A DNA stretch of 38,315 nt, taken from the NCBI GenBank assembly GCA_013115145.1, contig JAAPAO010000337.1:1-38315 (forward strand). The letters are read 5' to 3'. Shown here piece by piece: positions 11,068 to 21,829 of the stretch (position 1 is the stretch's first letter; each line of letters begins with the position of its first letter). The stretch is from Perkinsus chesapeaki ATCC PRA-425 (Eukaryota; Protista; Perkinsozoa). A model generated the notes under the pieces. It saw nothing but the letters and a program-made list of their open reading frames with translations, was not told where the DNA came from and did no database searches. Made by a program: the position numbers and the translations under genes.

Positions 11068-11896
11068 GGTAGCCTTTCAGTACGCCTTGTAAAGATACTT
11101 AGCTTTGTTAACGAGGGACTGGAGAGTAGGCTTCGTGATTGGGAAATGACATGTCACCTCGAGTTAGATGCACTGGTGCAACACAACACTTAGAAGTACG
11201 GGGGAATAGTAGATAAAGCCCTATAGCTCTATAGGATAAATCGATCAGCTGGCGCGCATGGTCACGCGTGCTGCATGGTGCGCGATCGGCTGACCACTCC
11301 TCGCGATGTCACCAACCTGAAAAGGAGACAGGTCTCTCAATTTGAGCATTATCTGCGCGCTACTAAAGGGTCCACATCGTATAGGTGTGGAACAATACCA
11401 GTGTTTAAAGAACTTCCAACCGGCTCCTTTATCCATATCCAACAGAGGTCTGGAATCGCCAGTCTTCCCTATGTTTTGTCATGTGTAGACTTTTGTGACC
11501 CTGCCACAGGGACAGCCTGTTCCTTGTCACAGTAGGGCAGAACACAGGTCACGGCGCCTTTTCAGGTAATCTTCTGTGATGTTAGATTTCCAAAAAGTGT
11601 AAACAGAGTAAGAAAGATGTTGTGTGGTGTAAAGTGAATTTACAAATTGATGTCCTCGTCCATGAATTGTAGTCCTCCGTCATGAAATTGATGTCCGTAG
11701 CCGCCTTGTGGATTTCATTATCCTACCACTGCCGCTGAATCGTCCCTATACATTTTCTTGATCGCTAAAATGGCGGCTTTTAGCTCGAAACATTCTCTGC
11801 GAGGTATAGAAGCCTTGAGAGGACGAAGGCTACCAGCCGGTCGTCAAAAATAGCTCCGTTCTGCAGGTTTCAAAACTCTTACACATTTCCTGATAA

Positions 11897-12298
11897 ATGA
11901 AGCCCATCAACATCTTTTGGCTGGTTGTCGGCATGGTGTTCTCAAAGCCTAGCCCCCCTGCGGGGAAATACTACAAAAGAGTCAGTGGCCACCTGTGCGC
12001 TGAGACCGAGTGGTTGCATAGGAAACCGAAGGAAGATCTTATCTTAACTGTGGTCTGTAACGCAGCCCGGGTATCATCGGCCGCATTATCTGTCGACTTT
12101 TCCGAGCCCAACACGTACAAGATAAGCGCCGTGAGTGAAAAGCGTTACAAGCTCTTCCGCGCAAGAGTTCTCAAGGATTGCAAAGATGTCTTCAGAATGG
12201 GCCTCTCGGATATGGCTATCTTGCAACATAGCAAACCAAACAAGATAGTTACCCGTTTGGACCACCATACGATAATCGTCACTCAAGGTAACTGCTAG
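11897..12298 (+). CDS. Intronless small secreted protein (133 aa), PSPPxGKY family, paralog B
   Basis: Signal-like MKPINIFWLVVGMVFS, then PSPPAGKY, CAETEWL, PKEDLIL, EPNTY and a terminal VTQGNC. The motifs and three Cys positions align with paralog A. Confidence 0.82.
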   Translation: MKPINIFWLVVGMVFSKPSPPAGKYYKRVSGHLCAETEWLHRKPKEDLILTVVCNAARVSSAALSVDFSEPNTYKISAVSEKRYKLFRARVLKDCKDVFRMGLSDMAILQHSKPNKIVTRLDHHTIIVTQGNC

Positions 12299-12999
12299 GT
12301 CTGGTTTAATCTAGCTCCGGGTATGCGAGTGACATGCCTTCGGTAAACAATCCTATGTCGGCAAGTACTAGTAGTGTTATAGGGTCCTCTCACTTTCACC
12401 ATTACTCCACTCGCCTGAAGGGCCTTCAGGCAAGGGGCCTCATTTAGCCTTTGACTGATAGGATTATATTTGTTTTGAGTTGATATGTGAATTCCACTAT
12501 AACGCACTGGACGCAAATACCATATCCGGGATTATGCGAAGTCGCGGATCTGAGACCGGGAGGTCAATTTCTGTCAAAGGTTTGGAGCGCCCTTATGGCG
12601 TTAGAATTCTCGACTAGGCTGGTTCACCGAATAGCATGTCCATTTCACGCCAATCAGCGTTAACGTGCTTGCTGCTCCAGAACAGATTTAGAGTGTTTTT
12701 CTGGTTATTGCTGTTGGGCAGCAATTACCTACTAAGGCCGTCCCGTTCCAGTGGGCTGGAGTTAACCATCCCCAAGAGGAAAACGGCTCGGAATCTGTCC
12801 TTTCAAGAGTTTCTGCGAGTCAAATGGTTCTAAATGTGCAGGAGGAACTTCCTCCATTTTGGTCCCAGCTTTACTTCATTATTCTATCTTCACATTTCCA
12901 ATATGTCAAGTGTCTAACGTAGTTTCATGCGGCAATATCTGCGTTTCACTATCACTCTTAAGCACAACACTCGAGCACAGTTCTCTGAAACACTACGTT

Positions 13000-13693
13000 C
13001 TAAGCCACAGGATTTGGTATAGTAGTCGAGAATGCAGGCTGATTAAAATTGGCACTCGCCAATGCCTCCTCGGCATCATCATTCCCCATACTATTAGTGA
13101 AGTAGCTTGGAGGAGGAGGGATCACCTTTGATACTTGATTGATTCGCTCACTGAAAATGAAATAGTTCAATTTCGTTCTCAATCAACAGCATCCTTACAA
13201 GTTCATCATTTCAGGGCTAGCACCAGTGCGCTGCCGCTCTTCGTACATGTCATTGCTAAGTCTATGCATCGATTCCTCCACTCGATCGAATACCTCTTTA
13301 TGACGATAACGGTGATATTTGTAAAGTGCCCCCAAACACAATACTGGGGTACCCAGTCCGGCTGAATACAACATTATAACAGATCAACAGCCGTAACCGC
13401 TCCCCCTCACCTGCACCAAAAACCGCGGCCTTCGAAGCTCCTTGAAGCGCTGCCCGTTTACAGAATTTGGACCCGAGCGCGATGCCGCCAGTCGTTGAGA
13501 ATAGAGTTGCTATGAGCAATTGCCGACCCAGTATGTCCAGGAATCTGTATTGAGAATTTTACGGTAAGATAGACAAACAACAGTGTTACTTGCGGTCCTC
13601 TTCACACACGTATTTCGAGGGGTCAACGACCGATGGAGATCCAACAGGAGAGCTCATTTGAAATGCTAATTCTGGAGTATCCTTAGATGTCAT
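13000..13693 (-). CDS. Small membrane-associated hypothetical protein, 4 exons
   Basis: MTSKDTPELAF...EEDRK|FLDILGRQLLIATLFSTTGGIALGSKF...VFGA|AGLGTPVLCLGALYKY...MMN|FERINQ...NPVA* splices in frame through GT-AG introns. It has two Gly/Ala-rich hydrophobic segments. Confidence 0.6.
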
Positions 13694-13926
13694 TTGAATG
13701 ACTAATATTCTGCAGTTCGAAAGTGATCCGCGACTTTGAGAATGCAGATGACAACTTCGAGTGTAAATATATCAAATCGTAGAGCAACTCAAGACAGGTT
13801 CAAAACACACCACAAAATGGTCATTCTGAATACACAGAGGAACAAGGATACCTTTCTATACAAATGACTGGTATGTCAAGTAACATAAAGAACAAGCGGG
13901 CATATAACGGGACAAACAAGCAAGAG

Positions 13927-16030
13927 CTAAATTGTGATAGATGTATCAACATGATGCACTGGATAGGTTATCGATCCTCTCGGCTTGGGATTTCTCCTTC
14001 GTTGGCTGGATTGAGAAGTCATGTCTCTGATCCTTCCCGCCAGCACGGCTATAGCATCCTTGATTGTGTGCTGACCTGTCTCCAATAATGTGTAGCAATC
14101 CTGATGACAGAATTTACAAATCGGACCTCAGATCTTGTCCTACATGTGGCATATCCATTATCATATGAACTGTCACCGGCATGCTATTCTCTTTAATAAA
14201 TCTAACACAGTCAAACGTTCAACTGCCAATTGAAGGAAGTGTCACTCACCGTTTGCAAAGGTCCTGTATGGAGTACCTCAAAAGCTCTGCTTCACCAAAG
14301 GTACAGTAAATAGGGACCCCTAGGTCTAATGACGATGCCAGAGCTGGTGACACTACAGGGCTCGATGGACGCTCCTAAGACACGGGCGTACACGCCGTTT
14401 CAGGCAAGCTATGAAAGCGCTACATTGGAGGCATCAGCGCAATAATTGGCAAACTTATAGACAAGCTCAACTGGTATGTAATCATAATATGCGTTGTCAC
14501 TCAAAAGTTGCTCTTCTGATAGACCTGAACAGCTAGAGGTGTCAGAAAACATTCCAAGATTAGCATGCATTACTCAAATCGGCCCATGGTGAAAGGAGAG
14601 CCAATCCGCCAGGAAGGGGGAGATGTTGATCTCGAACTGCAATAGCTATACTTAATGCGGTGTTGCCACCAGCCGAGTCGCCACAGATGACTATCCGCTC
14701 AGGCGCTATATTCATATCATTTATAAGGTAAGTATAAGCCCCCACGCCTTGCTCTGTAATCTGATAGAATAATCGTCAAATTCATGAGCAATACCTCTTA
14801 CTGTAGCCATGCCGGTCTGAGGGGGCCTGTCGTAGTCCACTGCACAGAGGAAACAGTCGGTGGCTCTGGCCAGTTCGGTTATCCAAGGCTTATAAGCGGC
14901 AGACTGTGGCGTGCACATAACGAAGGCACCGCCATGAATGTAGAGGATGACAGGGCTCTTGTGGTCCTCCTGAAATAAGCAACATATATTGCTCGATTGG
15001 GCTCTAGACTTCCGCCAATAAGAGGCGGCAAATATTTCGGATTTATGCGACCATGTTGCGGCATCCTAACATTGAAACTGCGTGCGAGCCTTCCCAATAC
15101 GGAAATAGGGGGAAAGAGATGTCCGGTAATTCCTAAGAATTCTCATATCTCTACAAGCTTGAGGAGTTGGACCGAGGCGTTGCTCAGGAATCTGTGAAGG
15201 CTGCTGCTGCTCCTGCTGCTGGCCTACCTGCAGAGCCCGATACCAATCAGCACTGTCTTGAATATTGCTGAAGCCTTCGAAGTCCTTGGATGCCTTTAAG
15301 GTAGGTGTGCGGCATGCTGGCCAATACCTAAGTTGGATGGGATAACTGTACATCAACCGACAGCCCACTGAGCCTACCACTGCAGCCGTATGTTTTCGGG
15401 TCTCTTAGGCATCCAACAGCACACGCCCTTTTTGCCAACGCCGGGTATGCAAACGTCAGATGTTTTTCTGAACGAAAGATGAGGGTCGCAGGTTCGATCC
15501 CGGCACCCTGCACCTACTGTATGAGCTCATACTTCCTGGGGAAGTCTCTGGCGGTGGCCCGGCCGACTCTGAGAAGTGTCGCCAGCTTGCGATTCCAAAC
15601 TGCCCGCTTCGGCTTGGCAACAGGGCCCACCAGTGTGGCACCTTAAATGCTAAACTCAATGGGGAAACTGGACCAGAAAACTCACCAAGCAAAGCGAACG
15701 GAAGTGTTGCTGTTCTAAGGCTTTGTCGAAAGGAATGAGGGCCAACTGCATGGTACTGGAGGGAAGTCTGCGACCTGAACAAAAATAACAACAGCGTCGC
15801 TCCGCTACAACCCACCTCGGTCGGCCACTGGTCGCCCTAGGCGGAAGTATATTAGCTGGTCGGCTCCCCTCCTCCTCATCTTCACTTGTCCCGTCACTTT
15901 CCTGACCGGTGAGCTCTTCTTGGAGGAACTTAGTAACATCGACAATACTGTCCAAGGCACTGCTTGGTGAGGAGGAGGTGTTGGAGGAGGTTGAGGAGGA
16001 AGTGAAGGAAGATACAGTCAACATGGTCAC
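13927..16030 (-). CDS. HSL-family (GDSAG) alpha/beta hydrolase, lipase/esterase paralog 1
   Basis: Multi-exon gene with VILYIHGGAFV, AVDYDRPP, ICGDSAGGN, LLSPWADLS, FGEAELL and DMPHV. It has a Ser-rich acidic N-terminal extension. Start and stop are approximate. Confidence 0.88.
15484..15512 (+). pseudogene. tRNA 3' fragment lying antisense within a 50-nt intron (15468-15517) of hydrolase paralog 1
   Basis: GGTC-GCAGG-TTCGATC-CCGGC-ACCCTGC-A has 4 of 5 T-stem pairs and a canonical T-loop. No 5' half (GCAGGGT...) was found. Confidence 0.62.
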
Positions 16031-16270
16031 AACAACAACTCGTGACTAAGGTACACTATAGACCTTACAAAGCTTTAATAGAAAGTTTGATGAAAATACA
16101 TTCCCAGCGGAAGAGTCTGCCGATGTTGCTTCACTAACTCAAGTGTCATCATCGATCATCGATGTGGTAAAGTATACAGGTACCGAAAAGGAATGAGGCC
16201 AAGGGCCACTGGTCACGGGCATAAAGTCAATTTATGATACAAGGGATAAAGTATTGGACAACTTGTTAAG

Positions 16271-19200
16271 TCAAAACGAGTGGGCCGATTCCCGATACTC
16301 ATCGCGATGGTTGTGATGATGGTGGTGATGAGGCGCGACTTTCACTGCACCCTTCGCCTTGTTCATAGCGCGTATCTTTTCCACGAGGATAGTGCACGCT
16401 TCGAGTATGGTCTTTTGCTTTGAGTCACAGAACATGTAGCAGTCCTGAAAACACACAAGCTGCATTCCAATAATGATATAATGTTATCAATATGCATTCT
16501 AATGTTTGTTCCCCCATGAGTGTTCAGATAAATGCATTTCAGTGTCCACACTTCTTAATACTAAAAAAGCAACCTTCGAGAAAATTTGACAAAAATCCGT
16601 TGGATTTCCGTTACCAAGAGTGTTTTTACCGTGTGTTGGTAAAGGTCTATTATAATTGAATGTTGCAGGTCATGAAAATGACTGAAACTTCGAATACCCA
16701 AGGGGCGCCAAGGGGAATCGATTGCTAACAAGATGGTGAGAAAGGACAACAGCAACGCCCAACAAGATGGCCATCTCTTCAGCAGAAGTTGTGAATGATG
16801 ACAAAGGACAACAGCAACGGCCCACAAGATGGCCATCTCTTCAGCAGAAGTTGTGAATGATGACAAAGGACAACATCTCAAAGGCACAATGCTTGGGTTA
16901 CTTTTAAACATAATTCAGACGTAGAGGGGCTAGAAGCTTCAATCCATCAGACGGACTCGATGAACTCACATGCGGCATGTCGACAATCATTTCAACTTCA
17001 ACACGTTTGCTATTTTCCATCTTCAACCTGAAACAAGAGCAAGTGAACAGACAGCCACAGAACAATACCTACCGTCGACACAGTCCTTCCTCTGATGCTC
17101 TCAATATCTCCACCTCACCATATGTACAATATACTGGCACCTTGAGGTCGAGTGACGGAGCCAGGGCCGGTGATACTATAGGATCATCCATTGCTACCTG
17201 ATATAGAGCTACAATATACAAAAACGGTGAAGTCTACACAGATGAGGGTTGAGGTTCATGAGGGTTATGCTGTTCCCCAAGAGAAGTAGTTTGCGTGTGT
17301 TTTAATTTTACGGGACAACTATCAAACCAGGTTTAGTATGAGAGTCTTGACAGTCGGCAGTTTCCTCCCAAGCTCCACACATGTCCATCGGAAACCGGTC
17401 AAAACGGACACGACCTACCCCAGTGCTCCTTGCGCAGAGTTGAGCAAATTTGTATATTAGTTCTACTGGGAGGTAGTCGTAGTAGGCATTCTCACACCAC
17501 AGCTGATCTTCGCTGAGACCTGAGCAAGATACTCTAGAAGCTTCCAAAAGGGGGCCAACAGTTACTTAGGTCAGCCCAAGGAGATAGGAGGACCAAGCCG
17601 GCGGGTAGGGGATATCTCCCCCTATCACGGAGCTGCAACATGACACTTAAGGCCAAGTTGGCACCCGCAGAATCACCAACAAGGACGATACGCTCGGGAG
17701 GGATTTCAAGGGAGTTTATTAGATAGCTGTAGGAGATAATCCCTTCTTCTATAATCTGAAAAGAAAACATTACCCTTGATGGAAATAACAGAACTGATAA
17801 AAGAAATGGAAGTGATAGAAGCAATACAATTAATTAGCTGGAATCTTGGTCTAGCACACCAGAAAGAGCTACCAGAACAGGCACACTGATGATTCCTTTT
17901 GGAACAGATAGAACTGAGTTACACAAAGAGTTTCCGACGAGCCTAATCACCCATGAATCTTCAGCACCACCGAAGCGCACCACCGAACCTTCAGTGTATA
18001 ACCGCATTTTCGCGAGAAAACTTCACCGGGCAGAACTCTTACAGACGTTATAATGCCACGATAACCTACCTCTTTAAGACCTGTCTCCGGCGGCCTGCTA
18101 TAATCCAGAGCACAAACGAACGAGTTACAATCGTGTGCAAGTTTGGTGACGAATGGCTTGTAGGCTACACTACCAGGAGTGCACAAAACATATGCTCCTC
18201 CGTGGAAGAAGAGGATGACCGGGTAAGCTGGATCCTGAGGAAGGAGACATTCTTAACCAACTTGCGGGGGGAAAGAACATATAGAATATTAAACGATAGT
18301 AAGGTCATTTAAACGCACACTTCAACAGTGGGAGTGCTAGTGCTATTATAGGTTATTCTTTCGTCCCTCTACATCAATGCACTTCTACAAGCTCTATCCT
18401 ACAACTAGTAGAGTGCACTGTCTTCTGCATTCATAATCGAGGGCGAACCGACAGTTGCTTACCTTGAGTGCGGTCATCCAATCAGAATTGTCATGCAAAT
18501 TTCCGGGGCCTTTAAACGACATTTGCCGTCTCAGTGTTGAAGTGCGTTTAACAGGCCAATACCTGTACAAAACCCATACAGAACAATACAGTACATTAAA
18601 GAGAGGACGGCATGTGCATTATTAGGTAGGAATAGCACCTCTCGCTTGGGACCACGAAAGCGTATTCACAGAACAGTAGATCTATTATATTACAAATTAT
18701 GCTTTGATATTACGAATAAAAAGATATATTATAGATTATCAATTACATATAAATATAAAATGCATTTTCCTTATAAGATCCTTACGAAAAATGATGCTTT
18801 GTTGACTCTAAACTCTGGGCGGCTTTTCGGAAGTTGTGACGGCCTCAGCCACTGCAAAGATTCCCACACTCCCATTTCCATAGCTATTGCTTCCAACCGA
18901 GCTGGAATACATCCTTTCCCAGATATGCCGGTGAGGAAAGACAAAAATCGGGAGGAAATTTTCCCCGAAAATTCCGAAAATCTCGGCTTTTCTTCCTCAA
19001 GCACTGAAGCGTGTATTCTCTTGTGAATAGAAATATCGCTGGGTGACATTTCAGAAGTTATCCCCCGACCTACCAGTCTATCTTAGATCGTCCCACTGTT
19101 GTCTTCCATCTGGTAACACCTTTCTTTCCTGTACCAGGCAGACTCATATCACACACCGCCCTGATAAGGATGACAATCGCACAAACGAGCTATGGGGGGG

Positions 19201-19447
19201 GCTTACTGCATCAAGGTAGGATTGCGAGGAAAGTTCTTTCCGGCGCTCCTGATCACTTTAACAGCAGCAGCCAGAGATCGATTCCACGTCTTGCGCTTTG
19301 GCGGAGCCACCAGACCCGCAACTCCAGCACCTAGAAACAAGCAAAGATGAATGTAAGGCCATAGTAGAGCAACTTAAGTAGGTAAGTTCTAAGCAATTGC
19401 AGGTTATTCTTGATAGTCTGAAGTCTGACTCTTCTATCCTTCAACAT
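16271..19447 (-). CDS. HSL-family alpha/beta hydrolase paralog 2 with a His-rich C-terminal tail
   Basis: VILFFHGGAYV, ALDYSRPP, LVGDSAGAN, LLSPWADLS, YGEVEIL and DMPH are present. The last exon ends ...PHHHHHHNHRDEYRESAHSF*. Most exons align one-to-one with paralog 1. Start is approximate. Confidence 0.88.
16741..16874. repeat. 62-nt tandem duplication (2.2 copies) in an intron of hydrolase paralog 2
   Basis: Units run 16741-16802, 16803-16864 and a partial 16865-16874. Each full unit contains the perfect palindrome AGATGGCCATCT. Confidence 0.95.
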
Positions 19448-20308
19448 TGGTACACCCTCTCGGATGGGTATTTCATATATAACGGAGTTCCATCAGGGAT
19501 ACGTGGGACACCGAAAAAAACAAAATTCATATTTCATATCAACAAATACACCAGATAGGTCCTTACGGTTGAAACTTTAAATTTCGAGAAATTCCAAAAT
19601 TTCAATATTGAAAGTTATTGTTAAAATTTTACCGAATTTCTTCATTTATTATTAAAATGTATACTAACTTTACATGATAAATGTTAATAGTGGATATATA
19701 TTAAAGGCTAAAGCAGATATATAAGTACTTATTACTAATAAATACAACTCACCTATGACACCAAATGGACACTTGATAGCTCTCCAACTCTGCAATAAGG
19801 AAGTCGATGGCACAACATGATACTGGAGCTCCGTTCGGGACCTGAGAGGAAGAGAATGCTACAACTGTCGACAGCAGCTGAGAAGAATGCAGTTGTGTGA
19901 GAAGGATTCGTCCAGGCTCGCGGGATTATTGCCCATCGAAGTTGGTGGTGCCGAGCAATTGATGGCAACAGAAAAAGCTATGACAGAACCTTATAGAACT
20001 CTGGTATCAACATCTATATCAATATTATATACATTGTTGATAACAGATGAAAGGGATGATATAATATAATGACATATCATACGAAAGACATTTTACAGAA
20101 GATAATATATTAATAACCAACATACAAGGATGCAGAGCTTTTCAATACACATATTCATTTTTCCATGTCACATACTCTCTTTCGCCCTACCTATATCGCT
20201 TATTAATAGGCGGTAAAGATGCTCCAGCATCTGAGTCACTATCAGTTTCAACATCATTAATAACGCCGAATCTCTTGCTCCCCCTCTTGTCATCCAGCCA
20301 CCAGGGAG

Positions 20309-21470
20309 CTAGTATAGACTTTCGGACACGGTTAGCCAGACCATCTGGTGCCGAGGTGAACTCAGTATCGTTATCCTCGACGTCCCACTGAAAAAATACA
20401 AGTATTGAAAGGAGGCGAGCGTGACGTTGCTGCTGCTGCCCACCTCAGAGTTGTTGTCACTAGTTAGCCGCAAGCCAGTCGACCAGTCGTAGTCGGTTGA
20501 GCATGCACTTGGTATAAAAGTAGATACTTGTGAAGGCATATTAGAGACGGCCTTCGGCGTCTGATGGGGGATGCTGTCATCGTCATCCAATGTGTTCATA
20601 GGGGGAGGATGCACCACTATGGAAGGAGATGATGCTGCAGTTGAGACAGGACAGTAGTATAATATAACTAATAACAATAATAGCTGTAGTGATTCAATAA
20701 TAAGGGGTAAGATTTAATAGTAAGTGGAGGGACAAGGAAGAGAATGAAAATATAAATATATAATAATAAATGAGAATTTAAAATACGGAATGAAAAGCGA
20801 TGACGAAAATTTCATCACCACCGCCAGCGGTGCATCCAAGCTCATCCCTCCCGAAGACTGAATACATCCAACCGATATAAATGCCACCCGACAGCTCACT
20901 CACGGTGGCCCGATGAAATAACACCAGATCTAATTTCAGGAGGGCTGATAATGATCATCGATATAGATACCAATCTCGTTCGAGAAACAAAGCTACAAAC
21001 TATATGACACTGCCTCGAGGACAGCGTCACGCGCCACAAATATACTGGGTTACAAAAAGGATAGCAGGTAGTAGTAGTAGCAGCAGCTGGTGTTACGATG
21101 CCCAAATGATGGGTACAGTCTTCTCCATGAGCCAGGTCGATCTTTGTCGAAGCTCTTGGGGAATCGATCCTTGAGGAGCTTCCTGGTATGATTTAACCTT
21201 GCTGAGTATTGATAGGAACTGAAAGGGAGTAATATATTAAATAATACTTTTCAGTGGACTTTTCAGTGGACTTTTCTTTCTATTATACTCTATATATACT
21301 GGGGAAGGTGTTTAATAACATCATTAAACAACACAGTAGAGTCTCGTGCTGCTGCTGCTGTTCATGGGACAGTTATTTCTTCCCAGTCAGGTGCGGCATA
21401 TGAGAGATCATATCCATAACTTAATATCATTACGATAATACTCATCGAAAATAGCCTCATTACAGTGAGA
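20309..21470 (-). CDS. Hypothetical multi-exon protein, possibly F-box-like at the N-terminus
   Basis: Coding-like segments CNEAIFDEYYRNDIKLW and KLLKDRFPKSFDKDRPGSWRRLY resemble the helices that follow F-boxes. A Ser/Pro-rich ORF lies at 20309-20677. The model was not fully assembled. Confidence 0.3.
21247..21276. repeat. 12-nt tandem repeat (CTTTTCAGTGGA x2.5)
   Basis: Read directly from the sequence. Confidence 0.85.
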
Positions 21471-21829
21471 TATATATGGCATTCCCAATCCCGTACAAGC
21501 CAAAGCGCGGGTGGCCAGAGTCGGGGCTGAGGTGGAATTATATGCAGGTAAGAAGAAACCTATATCACGATAGTCTCCATGAAATTCTCGATCAGAATAT
21601 ATGCGTATCTCCGTTTCTAGGCATCAGGTTCTAAAAATATTGCTTCTTCAATTTGCACGCTAAATTTGCACGTTTAAAGGTTTTAAAAGCGAAGCTCGGC
21701 TGTGAATAGAAGGTTATAATAAGAATGATTTAAGACAGCTCCAGATACCTATCTTTGGTGGTCATCGGGAAGGGAAGAAATTGAGCACTAGGGTACGTAT
21801 TGCTTCTGTCCCTCACTGGAATGGTCCAA

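Noticed and set aside
18771-19049. 92-aa ORF as the N-terminus of hydrolase 2
   Set aside because: The exons that match paralog 1 lie further upstream (about 19070-19330), so this ORF falls in an intron and has no counterpart in paralog 1.
19580-19631. Cluster of short palindromes upstream of hydrolase 2 (AATTTCgaGAAATT, TTTCAATATTGAAA, TAAAATTTTA)
   Set aside because: The sequence is very AT-rich, where such palindromes are common. No further structure was seen.
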